Part shown: one piece after another, positions 37,560 through 50,214 of the stretch
How positions within the stretch are numbered: position 1 is the stretch's first letter
How the letters are laid out: the number at the start of each line of letters is the position of its first letter
From: Perna viridis
Lineage: Eukaryota
Reading direction: 5' to 3'
NCBI GenBank assembly: GCA_037379345.1
Contig: CM074522.1
Location: forward strand, 37,825,288-37,889,287
DNA: 64,000 nt
Position numbers and translations under genes: made by a program
The notes under the pieces: model-generated
Told to the model about the DNA's origin: nothing
The model's database searches: none
The model's input: only the letters and a program-made list of their open reading frames with translations

Positions 37560-38285
37560 TTACCTAGTCCAACCTCTGGAAGTGGTCATTAAACATTCCA
37601 GGTCAATCTCAAAAACAATTTGAAAATACACGTAAACAACAGAATCGGATTAGAAAACTACAAACCGCATTTCTTTTCGGTCTTAATGATAAAATCAGGG
37701 ACAAAAGGAACACATGGATATTGTCGACAAAAGAAAACGCAGTCACAGATCTCATGGTAAACAAATTAATCGAAATAAACGTTTTAGCACGTTCATAGCA
37801 CTTATTATTCACGGAACAATGGTGGATATTAATTGTTATGTCAGTTGGGTTTATTACTTATTATAAAGTATATTATATCTTTAAAGAATGTGCACATACT
37901 AGTATATCTTTTAAAGGTCCATTCTACGAGGGTGATCGCATAATTATATCAAAAATTGTTATCTCGTATAGATAATCCTGAAGATCATAAATGACATTTT
38001 TATGTATAAAACACATCAATAGCGGTATTGATTTCATAAATTGATCAAGCATATTTCAATAAAATAACTGTTCAAAATTGCATACCTCCTATTTTCGATA
38101 ACATTGAACCATCAATTAGTTCTTATAGCTATAAACAATCTAGCAGAAATTTAATTTTTGATTATACATCAGTTATATCGGATGTTAACATTAAAGATAA
38201 TACTCCTTTATCATGAGTTTACTATATTAAAATTCAGATATGAGCCCTGTGGTCATGTTATTCCCAGTGACCTTAACATCATCGA
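37560..38285 (+). mobile_element. Decayed Penelope-like element, N-terminal region
   Basis: Translates to IRKLQTAFLFGLNDKI (GIY-YIG C-terminal-like), IPPIFDNIEPSISSYSY and YEPCGHVIPSDLNII (pre-RT GH-x-x-TGDL motif). Confidence 0.6.
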
Positions 38286-38290
38286 TGACC

Positions 38291-39240
38291 GAGCGCAAGC
38301 TTGAAGAACTATCCAGGCAACTGATGCTGTCTGAATTATCAATTTCTGAAAGTGCTCGTTCAGAACTTGATTCTGGTATCAAACAAGTTAGAACAACAGA
38401 GGGTGGGACTAAGTCTTACTTCACATCAACACACACACTTAATTCAGTATGTTCAATCCACGAACATGCTAATTATGACAGAACTCCGGGAATGGGCGAA
38501 TTTGTTGCTAATCTCAACGGCGTAGAGTTCAGAACTCGTCACAACGATTACAAACTTAAAATGCCAAGTAAAACATCACAAGCCTACCACAGAACGTAGA
38601 ATATTCCATTCCCACGTGTTCCTCCGTCTGTCCTAGCCAAACGTACTCTTAACGACCAAAGAAATGCAGAACTACTTTAGAGCATTTACTTTCCAAAACT
38701 ACCATTTCAGAGACTACCGCCCATACTTCAAGCCAGTTCTTTGTTATCTAGAAGGTGCATGGACAACAAATACAAAGAACATAAACGAACCTTTCGAGAG
38801 CGACCGCCATAACATCGATGTTCAGAATTGGTTTGACCTACAAGAGAAGATCAGATTTACTGCCTATACTGGGGGTAAGCACTACCTGGAAAATTTCTCC
38901 TATCTACCAACAACTATCATGAATATGAACAATGGAACACCCGAGTATGCGCAGTTTAATTATAGAATACTGTGCCATCCACTCAAAAATGATCTTCCTC
39001 TTGGACTTCTGAAACCAGTCGATGACATGGCTGCTAGAGTTGCTCGCAAATTACCCGCATTGCTCACTCCCGTGCTGCGAGATTCTCCCTTGCAGCCGGC
39101 CACCGATTGAAAGGAAATCAGTTCCATTGGCAAGATGGATACGGTGCTTTTAGCGAAAGGAGATATGTTAATGGTTTATTGGACGATCTTATGAATGAGA
39201 ACCCAGGCAAGAACAACAATCCAGCTAAGCTTCACGATAC
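38291..39240 (+). pseudogene. Truncated pseudogene of gene A family (copy 1)
   Basis: Begins at ERKLEE with no signal peptide. Nonsense GAG>TAG at 38597, 4-bp deletion at ~38660, 7-bp deletion at ~39050. Ends abruptly at LHD. Confidence 0.93.
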
Positions 39241-40330
39241 GTAAGAAATCTTTTTAGACGTATTTCCTCATACCACTGATTCAGGAGTCTGTTATGTAAA
39301 GATTTAAGGCGTTTAAGGAAATCAATATAGCTAGTAGTTGCTCTAGCGTAGCGAATCCGTTGAGAAATATAAACACCATATGCAGGAGATGAAGGTCTAA
39401 TGTTGCATAAGTAAGACAAATTAGGATTTTGAATTATAGTGGTCTCTTTTATCATAAATCTTAGTACTAAAATGACCAGTGTTGTCGAATTTAGATCCTA
39501 AAAAGATGCTGAACCAGCTGTTTCTGTAGTCTCCATTATCTCGAGCTTTGGTGGATATATTGAAGGTGACCATGAAGGGTTGTTAGTGGACAACAAATCA
39601 ACAACATGTATCTGTATGGAAAAAAGGATTAAGCATTTTCATATTTTGATTCTTTAGTTTACAAGATTCGGAAGAAATTCAATCTCGAATGAATACAGCA
39701 ATATTGCTAGCAGAGAAACACAATTAGTGCCTGTTGTAATGTCACCTTGTTGATGAAAAATAGCTCGCCAAAATGTAACAAATATGTTATCAATGAGGAA
39801 ATTAAGCATGCTACAAACATATTTTTTCTGTGTATCACACTCCCCCTTTGAGATGTTTATGAAAAAATCGTAGATTTGTAATCTAAAACAACATAATTTC
39901 TCGAATCAGCAAGAGATTTTATCAATTTATCATGTGGCAATGTAGTGCAAAGAGTTGGGAAGGTAAAAGCTTGAGAACTAATTTCCGTAAAACTATAGGA
40001 TTTTCGGTTTTTAAGTAAATCTTTAAATTTTTACGTATCCACATATGATAAATGTAACTACGAGATTAGGTAGTACTTCAACTAGCTTGCTGCCAATCTT
40101 TGACTGCGGACAATGTCTTAGTAAAGTGAATTGACATCTCTGTCGTGGAGCAAGATTCAGAATGCAGCTACGCACCGTTCTTTGTATGGATTCGTATGAC
40201 GTTTGGGAATCCAATACAAGTAAGGAAAGTCCTCATATTTTGTTTCAATGTTGAAAGAAGACATGAAGGTTATTTAGGATTTCATGTTTGTTAAAAGTAG
40301 TTCGTGTATATGTGTAATATTATTATCAAT
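39241..40330 (-). mobile_element. Decayed Penelope-like reverse transcriptase
   Basis: Minus strand: FPYLYWIPKRH, MLNFLIDNIFVTF, TGTNCVSLLA, PSSPAYGVYISQRIRYARA. Confidence 0.85.
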
Positions 40331-40599
40331 GCCTATCAAAGGTCTGAAAATAGATTGCACAAAGATTTAAGAATTAACTGAAAACCAAATCCACGCACAA
40401 GAATTAATACTTATCTTCAGAAACTCGGTTCGAGGTTTGTTTTTGTACTGGCAGACATAGCAGCCAGTAATGTGGTAATGCTGTGACGTAAATACTATAT
40501 AAATGTACTTAAGAATGACATTTCGAATTCTTCTACAGTCCAAGCCATGTACTCAACAAGGAGTCAAATAGTAAATAATCATAATTCTGACAAAGATAA

Positions 40600-41600
40600 G
40601 CTAAAGGCTATACATACGTACTGAAGAAAGTGTGGACAGTTACGATTTCTCCACACTTCACACCACACATCACACCATACTTCACACCACACTTCCAAAT
40701 TATTTATTAATCAGAAATTTTCTTATTAAATGGTGTTTCGATTAAATATTACAAAAATATTTTTGTTGTAATAAATTTCAAGAAATGTCATTTTCTTAGA
40801 CCAACGAGAAATATAAAACTAAAATTACAGGATCCATTTAGGCGTAACAATTTATCGGCAGGTTGTCGGAATTCCGATGGGCACAAGTTGTGACTCCTTC
40901 AATAGCAGATATTCCGGTATTGTTATGTATCTCGGTTTATGGCCAAATTTCCTAACCAAAGATCCTTCCAAATCTGATTTAATAGAAAAAAATATGATAC
41001 TTATCGCTACACTGATGACGCTGAATAACACTGACTTTTACAAATACACTGCTGGAATTTACCCAAAGGAACTGACTTTAAATAAAAGCTATTAAGAACA
41101 GTTTTTTGTTATCCATTTCTGTATTTGGATGCTTCCATTTTTACAAGGTAATCTCAAAACTAACATTTACTACAAGGAGGACGATTTCTCGTTTCCAATT
41201 TTTAATTTTCTCTTTCTCGACGTTCCTTCGGTGTTTATATGTTTCAACTAGTTAGATATGCCCGCGTTTGTAGCGATGTTAGAATTTAATTAACGAGATC
41301 TCTTTATTACCGGTAAATTGTTAAGTCAATGTTTCCGTTACCACACTTTTTTTCTGAATATTGCTCATAAAAATGAAGCGGTGAAGATTTGATGCTGAAG
41401 TTTGGTTGAACTTGTTGCAACATATTCAAAAATTGGATTTCATATCCTGGTTTTTATGGAAATGTAATAAAGCTCAGATCAATTTATTCTTGAAAAATAT
41501 TTGAATAAACTTATTCGTAAGGGTAATTTTCACTGTTTCATTGTCAAATCTTTGCATTATAATTTTATTGGTTCTAATATTGACTCTCATGTTAATAAAT
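40600..41600 (+). mobile_element. Decayed Penelope-like reverse transcriptase
   Basis: VDSYDFSTL, RQVVGIPMGT, YPKELTLNK, DDFSFPIFNF, QLVRYARVCS. Confidence 0.85.
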
Positions 41601-43949
41601 TAAATATCAATTATCTTTAGTATATTTTGCCCTACTTCCTGCCAATACTTTTCATCTTGGCTTTTGCGCGAAAACCTTGTTTTTCTTAGACATTTTATGA
41701 TATGTCTTCACTAAATCCTTTTGAACATGTTTTTATTGTTAATTGTGTCTAAGTAAACTAAGTGGGCTTATCAGTTGCTTTTGCATTTTGAACTTGCTTA
41801 CAGAAACTGTAAGTACTCTTTCGATGTAGGCGCGGCTTGTTGTCTTTTGTCCTAATTGTTAATAGTTTCATATAATTTATATTGGGGCCTTTTACAGCTT
41901 GGCTTATGGAATGGGTTTCGTCCATTATCGAAGATCATGTTGTGACCTTTAGAAGTGTAATTGTTCATGGCTTGGCATTTGGTGGATAGCTAACTCTTCG
42001 GCAATCATACCACGTCTCCTATTATTGTTAGCGACTTCTCCTAGTTGTAATTTCGGTACTTAGTATTCGCATAAATATATAGTTATACGCCACGCAATGC
42101 TGCAGATTCTCGCCGTTTTTTTTTCGCAGTAGCGTCACAGTTCTAACTACATACGAGATAAAAATGTACCTCTTAAGTATCATACAGTTACATGTGTGTT
42201 CTGCGTGTGTTTCTCTCTTGTATGAAAATGGGAAGTTTACATGAAATGATCGGTTAGCTTTGAACATTACCCAGTTTCCGATTCAGGCATTTGGGGTCGT
42301 TACAAGACAATATAGGTCATATACATTAGCACGCCCCAATATTTGTGAATATTCATTGCCAGTTGACTAATCTGGTTCCTGAACTGATTCCCTTGTCAAT
42401 ATAATAAGCGACTCAAAGATTGCTACAAAGTACCTCTTTTAAAACATATACACATTTGACATTTTAGCGGAAGTCACCTGATTTTAGAGCATATCGCATT
42501 CGTAACATTTCGGATGTTGAAAGGAAGCCAAAATCACTGACTGAATATCTGACGATTAGCGACTTTGAAGACTTCAGTCTTTGATATTATATTTTGTATT
42601 TATTACTACTATAGTATTAAGTGAATTTATCTACATGATATGGGTCTTTTAAGACCCTGCCAGGTACTAAAGAGATGGAGGAGAAACCAGAACCGGACTC
42701 ACTGTCAACAGTTGTCTTTGGTACAACGTCGCATTTACAACCTTAAACACTGCAATAATTTACATAAATCAGTATTCAAAAACATAGAAGCAGCAAACTG
42801 TATTGAATCTGCTCTGAGAAATGAGAAATATTTTGTTATACCCTCGACAAAGCCCTGAACAACATTGTTGTTTATGTGAAGCGAATAACTAATGCTCAAC
42901 AAAAGAACCGAGATAAAAGATAATTCTTGTAATCCTACAAACACAATATGTTCTACAAATCATAGGTAACCACAAGTTCTTCATGGCTTCGTTAAATATT
43001 TTTTCAAATGATATCTAGAAGTCTGAGGATTTTCTTTATTTGTAATGGATTCCAAAACTACATTAAAATCAATACAAGCAAAATCATGTACGTGCTCAAC
43101 AAACGAGCCGTCTGGACGCAGTGAAGGAGGGAAAACAAAAATACTGTGAAACTTGCGAATTGCTATTTATTATATGTGGATTTTCCTTTATACTTTTCAA
43201 CATTATATACTACCTTACCCTACGAAAACCTGTCTAAAAGAAGTCAAACACGAAGCATTTCACTGTAAGAATGATAATTCTTACAAATTTGTTATTTTAG
43301 GCTTCGATTCTACAAATTTTACCACTGCAAGATCAAAAGTATCAACACAGAGCAATAGGTGGTCAGTTTGCCAGAGTTTCTCCTTGGCAATATATTTGTC
43401 ACTTTCAAATTGTCACTTTTCTCAACAGGTTATTGTCATTCCAATAAGTATTCATCGTCCCCTACTCCTAGCCGACCGGTTTCTATATTCATATGAATCA
43501 GAGTTTGTTCAAATTCTTATGAAAGATTCCAGAACTAAATTATAGAGACAACTGACACATCTTTTACACGTCCTTTTTTTTTACTTCACTTATATGACAA
43601 CCGTGGTCATTCCTTTTTTTTTTTTTTTTTTTTTTTCGATGGATAAATAAACGTATGCCATGCTCCAAATTTAGCAATTTGAAATGAAGGAACATGGTTA
43701 ATATAACGATGTGTGAAATTAAAGGATGTAGATTCTTTAACCTTCTTGAGATTCAAGTATAAAATCCTGCCTTGCACTTTATGTTTGTATGATCTGTTTC
43801 ATGTTTTTTTTTTAATTAAATGAAAATAAGGTAAGACCCAAGACATCTCAGTTGATGTAATATTCAACGAGGCAATGTAGGATTTACGGATAACTAGGAT
43901 TTCATCCTTGTACAGCGTTTGTATATAGTATTACCAGATTATATTTAAT

Positions 43950-44700
43950 TCCTTGTTCTTGTCTTTGATAAAGAACCACCCAGATGAAACTTCTATAAAT
44001 TTTATATGATCCGCCATTCGGTTTAAAGATAGTTTCACTACTAGTCTTTAGCATTATAAAATTCATAAATTAATTTTCTCTACATATCTTAAAAAATGGA
44101 AAAAAAATATATTTAGACAAAAACAAAAGGTGTTTAGATGACTAAACGAAATATCTAGACGGAAAGCACATAGGTAGTTTAAAACTACCTAGATGCTTCC
44201 TTGGGTGATCCTGGGGGTAGATGCGAAGTATTTAATATTCCAATATAGGATTGAAACGTCTGAATATCATCCGTATAGCAAAAACTAAAATTAAAGGATA
44301 TGGCAAAACGAAGTTCATTCTTTTGGATAACATCAGCTTTATAAGAGTAAAGGCATATGTCAGCAAGTATCGGGGCATAATTTGTACCCATTGGAATGAA
44401 GACATATAGTTGCACAACGCTTGGCACATATCTGTTGTCGATAGAAATTTGATAACATCTTTCTCAGAATATTTAGAAGATCATTTGGAATCGTTTTTGT
44501 TCGCGTATTTGTATCTAGATGCTCCACCATTCTTAGAATATCAACGATGCTGACTGCTTTTGAATCGGAATCTTAACAGAGAATTTTGAAAAGTATAAAG
44601 AGGAAAATTAGAGGTATATCGCTATTATTAAATTCCGAAAGCAGTTTAGCGAGTTCCAAGACGATCTTCCCAATTATAATCTAGCTGTTCTTGTCGAAAT
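43950..44700 (-). mobile_element. Decayed Penelope-like reverse transcriptase
   Basis: IPMGTNYAPILADICLYSYKAD...FNFSFCYTDD (RT core with a degenerate YxDD). Confidence 0.8.
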
Positions 44701-46469
44701 TTTCAAACAACCTCAACACATTTCATTATATCAAGGTGTTTAAATGTGTTTTTATTTTGTGCGTTGTCTTTTGTACCTGTACCTTTCTTTTTATCATCTT
44801 TGTATTGTCCTTGTTGTAATTGTTGGGTTTGTTGGGTTCACAAAAATATTTTATGTACTATTTATTTGTGCCCAAGTTATTGCACTTGAACTCAACAAAA
44901 TACGCCTGAGTGTTCAAGACATAAAGTTAGGGAAAATTAGAATAACTTATCTTTAGAGTACTTCTTGTGCATATCAAATCATGTCTTAAAGTAATATTGA
45001 CTATATGTTTGTAGACAGTTTCTGCAATAATACAAAAACAAAAAAAAAACAAAAAAAAAAAAAAAACAGCCTGAATACGGCAACTTAAGATAAAACAGAA
45101 CGTCTTTAATTTTACATCGAAACCTGTGTTAACCATAGCCTGAACAAACAAAAACCCGATTCTTTTCTTTTTTCTCTCGGTTTTTGTGTAAATAATCTGT
45201 TGTTATTTGATTGTTCATGTTACAACATGACAGTGGTTGTTTTGCGTATTGAATGTTACATTTTTTTGTTATTCTTCAAACTTACTGTATTTTTTCATTT
45301 ATTCATTTTCAGTCAGCCCAAAAAGAATTTTATTTGCATGATAACTGACAAACTGCAAATAATATGAACAGTAAGTATATATAAATAAGAAATAAGTAAA
45401 AATAGCCACAATTTAAAAGGTGAAAAAGGAAATAAATACAAAATACAAACAAAACGTATTGGGCGAAAATTTTCTGATTTACTGACTTTGTTTCAATTGA
45501 AACAACTTCGTAGATGTTTATGTAATATCAGGTTGGGAAACGAGATATAATGAATTATGCATTCTTAAGATAATAATCGACATATAATTATTACATGCAA
45601 GTTTATGATTGGCGAAGTGGATACTTAAGTTATAATGTAACTAAATACTACTTCATGATGAACAATTTCTTTTAATTCGCATTGATGAGCAAGGAATGAT
45701 TCTTTCATTTCTTTTATAACAAGGCAGCATTTGATAAAGCAGAAACAAATAATTAAAGGTTCGGTGAGGTTCTCATTACTTCGATCGAGTTAAGATACAT
45801 ACAGATTCAAAATTAGGTTTCATTAGTTATTAGATGATACAGGAAAGTTGAAATGCCAAATGGTGTTTAGAAATCTGTAATTGTTTTCTAAAATTAACTG
45901 TACAGATGAAGTTTTATAATCAAAACGACAAAATGTACACAGAAAAACATTTAATAAGGAATTAACTCAAATAATGCCTTAATTATTGCCAGAAAACGTT
46001 TGGCCTCAACGCGGTGCACAACGGACATTGAACAGAAATTCGACTCTAATTGTGTAAATAGTTTAAGTCTTTTTGTTAATCATTTTTGCAAAATTGATAC
46101 ACATATCAACGTTAAATTCCTCTTTGTTTATTTGCAAACATATCGCAGACGAATCTATTTATAACATTATAGCTTATAATGCTCTTTATAACAGCTCCTC
46201 AGAGCATTTTCCCTTTTTGTATTTACTTTCCCCTTTTTCGCTCTACAAGTATATGTATGTAATAAAAATACATCGGAAGCATGTGCAACATGTCCTTAAA
46301 ATATGATACATTCTACCTTTCTTTTTTTTTCCTAGGCAATTGTTCTTTTATATCAAAGATCTTGCACTTAGTAATCATGACCCCAGACAAAAGTAACCCA
46401 AAGGCTACAAAATAATCATTGTCGATTTCATATCACAAACACTGGCTGGTGGTGCAATTGACCTGCACG

Positions 46470-46570
46470 TATATAACAGAAACAGTTATGGTTGTAGTCA
46501 AGTATTTCGCAGGGTCGATCGTGAATCCCTAAGCAGCCTGTTGTAGAATCGAACCATCAGAAAGGTAACT
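46470..46570 (+). promoter_or_regulatory. Candidate TATA box plus non-coding exon 1 of the chimeric gene (same at 59285-59385 for gene B)
   Basis: TATATAA at 46470, then a GC-richer ~65-nt stretch and donor AAAG|gtaact at 46565. Acceptor ttacag at 48163, 8 nt before the ATG. Confidence 0.4.
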
Positions 46571-47352
46571 TTTATACTAAGATATATACAATATGTATGT
46601 TCCGATAATTTGTTTTGTGTAAATGTTAAAACTTATCAAAATACCCTTATTTCAACTTGCTTTAAATTTGAAATTGAGCGGATAACTTTAAGGAAAAGAA
46701 AATATTGATATAATTCAATGTCCTCATAGAGGAAAAGGGTTAACTTGTAAAATATTTTTATGATATTGTGACAAGTTTGCTCAACGTTTGTGTTAATGCG
46801 TAATCATAGCATATCACTTCTGATACATAATTTTTATTTTAGTAAGAAAAATGTGTATTTTTTTTATCACTCATTTTTAAATGCTATACCAAATTAGGAC
46901 AATTACGGTGATTTCAAAGTTTCATGGTTTTTTACCCTTATTTTGCCATTTCCTTTTGACTCTTATTTTTGACAACTGGTTAAATGTTCTCTGTTCGGTA
47001 ATTTTGCCATTACACTTTTTTATGAAAATTCACACTCGTGTTGTGCAAATGTAAGACAAAAGATCGCTATTTTTTTAAATGTATTCACTAATATCATGTA
47101 AACTCACCATCGCATTAACGTACTAACTGGAATAATTTGGCAAATATGAAAATCATTTTCCTCTTGAATGTTTCTCAGCAAAACTGTGGTCTATTTGTTT
47201 TATGTCACACAAAGTATCTTGAAAATTAATTTCAAATTGAATGGCCAATTTAAAAAAATACTCGTTGGATATCTCCCGTCAAAGTTTGGATCTTCATTTT
47301 CAATGAGCTTAAGCTAGTAAACATTGGTTTGTTAAATGATTATAACTATATA

Positions 47353-47552
47353 CTGTGAAAGTACTTTAATTCGTGGATACCAATTTCCGTTGATTAGGGA
47401 AGAAACACAAATTCGTGGATTCTTGAATTCGTGGTTTTGTGGTTTTTAGTATACACGGAAATCTTCTTGTCGTTGGGAACCAAATTTCGTGGTTTGGCCT
47501 ACCCACGAAAACCATGAAAGTTTGTACCCCACGAATAATGGTGCTTTCACAG
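47353..47552. mobile_element. 200-bp MITE with TA target duplication
   Basis: TA|CTGTGAAAGTAC ... GTGCTTTCACAG|TA, with internal ttcgtgg/ccacgaa repeats. Confidence 0.85.
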
Positions 47553-48171
47553 TATCCTTTTAGCGAAATTAAAGGAATAATCGATAGAAAAAAAACATCC
47601 TTGTTACCTTCATTTCTAAATGTCGAGATAGGGCTTGTAAAAGAATGGGTCCCTAATTTCTCTTCAAAGAGTAATCAAGGAAACCAGATTCGAGCAGAAA
47701 ACACAAGAATACTAAGTATTATACAAGGAAAACTGATACATACAAAAATGAACATAAAATAATCAAAATGACAAGCACAAAGAAACAAAAGAAAATGAAC
47801 AACTCGGACTCTACCAAAAACTGGGAGCAAAAGCATAGAAAGTTGTTGTTTTTAGAGTAAAGACTGCAATCAAATCAACGCAAACATTTATGTTAGATGT
47901 GATGATAAACATATGACTCTTACTATCCGTTTACTATGATGAGTTTGTACGAAATAAAAAAAAATGCCTCTAATTATACATCACAATAAGTAGCAAAATA
48001 CATAGCTTCCTTTTTGGATACTTTACGAAATATATATATTACGGTCTGCAAAGGAATCGTGAAGGATACTAACTATCCTTTTAACATGAGAAACCACTAC
48101 AGCACAATAGTTAGGACATATTAAATAGAAAAACAATAATGATCAGTTATATTGATCTTACAGAAACTACG

Positions 48172-50214
48172 ATGAAAACCTTTTTGGTTTTATCTTGGTT
48201 GGTTACTGTCACCATGGCAGTGGTTGACGAACATCGAGTCAGCTTATTAGAGCGCAAGCTTGAAGAACTGTCTAGACAACTTATGTTGACCGAGTTATCG
48301 ATATCTGAGAGAGCTCGTTCACAACTGGACTCTGGTATCAAACAAGTTAGAATAACGGGAGATGGAACCAAACCTTATTTCACATCAACACACACACTTA
48401 ATTCAGTATGTTCAATCCACGAACATGCTAATTATGACAGAACTCCGGGAATGGGCGAATTTGTTGCTAATCTCAACGGCGTAGAGTTCAGAACTCGTCA
48501 CAACGATTACAAACTTAAAATGCCAAGTAAAACATCACAAGCCTACCACAAAACGGAGGATATTCCATTCCCACGTGTTCCTCCGTCTGTCCTAGCCAAA
48601 CGTACTCTTAACGACCAAATTAAAGAAATGCAGAACTACTTTAGAGCATTTACTTTCCAAAACTACCATTTCAGAGACTACCGCCCATACTTCAAGCCAG
48701 TTCTTTGTTATCTAGAAGGAGCATGGACAACAAATACAAAGAACATAAACGAACCTTTCGAGAGCGACCGCCATCACATCGATGCTCAGAATTGGTTTGA
48801 CCTACAAGAAAAGATCAGATTTACTGCCTATACTGGGGGTAAGCACTACCTGGAAAATTTCTCCTATCTACCAACAACTATCATGAATATGAACAATGGA
48901 ACACCCGAGTATGCGCAGTTCAATTATAGAATACTGTGCCATCCACTCAAAAATGATCTTCCTCTTGGACTTCTGAAACCAGTCGATGACATGGCTGCTA
49001 GAGTTGCTCGCAAATGGAACATTACCCGCTTTGCTCACTCCCGTGCTGCGAGATTCTCCCTTGCAGCCGACCACCGATTGAGAGGAAATCAGTTCCATTG
49101 GCAAGATGGATACGGTGCTTTTAGCGAAAGGAGATATGTTAATGGTTTATTGGACGATCTTATGAATGAGATCCCAGGCAAGAACAACTATCCAGCTAAG
49201 CTTCACGATACAACATTTGATATGAAGACAGTTGACTCTCGCCATCCACAGAACGCGACCCTGCTGAACACCGGATATTACCACAGATACTACAACCATG
49301 ATAGAAAAGGTGCCATGGGAACGTTCAGAAACCATAGAGGGTACTCAGACTCAAACTTGTTCGTCGCTCAAACTTCAAATCCAGAGGTCGCTGAAATGAA
49401 AATAAAATGGTGCAGGAAGGATAACCACCACAAACAAATCTGTACCCAGGAAGGAATCCGATACTCGTACGCCATTCCATTGGAGATTATTTACATGACA
49501 CCTCTCATGTCATGGAACCCTCACAATCTACCTACAATCACCGACCATAGAAAATTCTATAAAGTTACCCATGGTGGAAGAAATGGTGGATTAACAAAGG
49601 ACAAAGCATACAATGGAACTGCCCTGAACAATTACTACCACACTCCAGTCGAATTTTTCCACGGTACCAATGTCGACAAGGATAGGGCCGACACCGACAA
49701 AGGTGCAGTAGGTGTTCTAGACAGTCATGGTAACGTCAAGCGTGTCGTAGCATCCGGTGTACGCATCACATTGCCCGACATTCCAGGAGTCGGCAAAGTT
49801 AGGATGAGGTACCCGATCATGCCAGTAGCAGCCGAGGGAGACCCCACAAGGAAGGAATTAGAAGCTGTTAAAGAGGTTCTTAACCATCTTGAAACAATGG
49901 GATCGTATCTTCAGGAGAAACCAAGTTCCCTTTCAGGCGGTGGTAACGCTAAAGCTGATGCTCACTTCAGAACCTCCGTTACCAACCAAGATCCACCAGG
50001 TCATCACTATCACGAACTGTTTATCCCCAACGAGGACATGCTCGCACTAGGCAAAGGAGAGACAGTCGCCGTTGTTACCACTACTGACAACAACCACGAC
50101 CACACACTCGAGATTTCATATAACACACAAACCCACAAATACACTATACACAAATGTGACGGATTGGCTCATTGTTGGGACGGCCACACTCCAGACCTAG
50201 TTCGACTAGAATGA
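48172..50214 (+). CDS. Uncharacterised secreted His/Cys-motif protein, chimeric gene B/A (680 aa)
   Basis: Start MKTFLVLSWLVTVTMA after the acceptor at 48163 (the ORF-track Met at 48139 is likely intronic). The first ~210 nt match gene B, the remainder is gene A-like. Confidence 0.92.
   Translation: MKTFLVLSWLVTVTMAVVDEHRVSLLERKLEELSRQLMLTELSISERARSQLDSGIKQVRITGDGTKPYFTSTHTLNSVCSIHEHANYDRTPGMGEFVANLNGVEFRTRHNDYKLKMPSKTSQAYHKTEDIPFPRVPPSVLAKRTLNDQIKEMQNYFRAFTFQNYHFRDYRPYFKPVLCYLEGAWTTNTKNINEPFESDRHHIDAQNWFDLQEKIRFTAYTGGKHYLENFSYLPTTIMNMNNGTPEYAQFNYRILCHPLKNDLPLGLLKPVDDMAARVARKWNITRFAHSRAARFSLAADHRLRGNQFHWQDGYGAFSERRYVNGLLDDLMNEIPGKNNYPAKLHDTTFDMKTVDSRHPQNATLLNTGYYHRYYNHDRKGAMGTFRNHRGYSDSNLFVAQTSNPEVAEMKIKWCRKDNHHKQICTQEGIRYSYAIPLEIIYMTPLMSWNPHNLPTITDHRKFYKVTHGGRNGGLTKDKAYNGTALNNYYHTPVEFFHGTNVDKDRADTDKGAVGVLDSHGNVKRVVASGVRITLPDIPGVGKVRMRYPIMPVAAEGDPTRKELEAVKEVLNHLETMGSYLQEKPSSLSGGGNAKADAHFRTSVTNQDPPGHHYHELFIPNEDMLALGKGETVAVVTTTDNNHDHTLEISYNTQTHKYTIHKCDGLAHCWDGHTPDLVRLE

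Noticed and set aside
38240-39110. Two small genes (119 aa and 148 aa)
   Set aside because: They are fragments of one pseudogene split by a nonsense codon and frameshifts, and the first Met derives from flanking PLE sequence.
46000-46470. Metal-response elements upstream of the genes
   Set aside because: TGCAC cores are present (e.g. 46464), but those I inspected do not complete the TGCRCNC consensus.
48139-48171. MISYIDLTETT extension of the 691-aa ORFs (also 60952-60984)
   Set aside because: It contains the ttacag acceptor at the same -8 position as in gene A, so the upstream ATG is most likely intronic.
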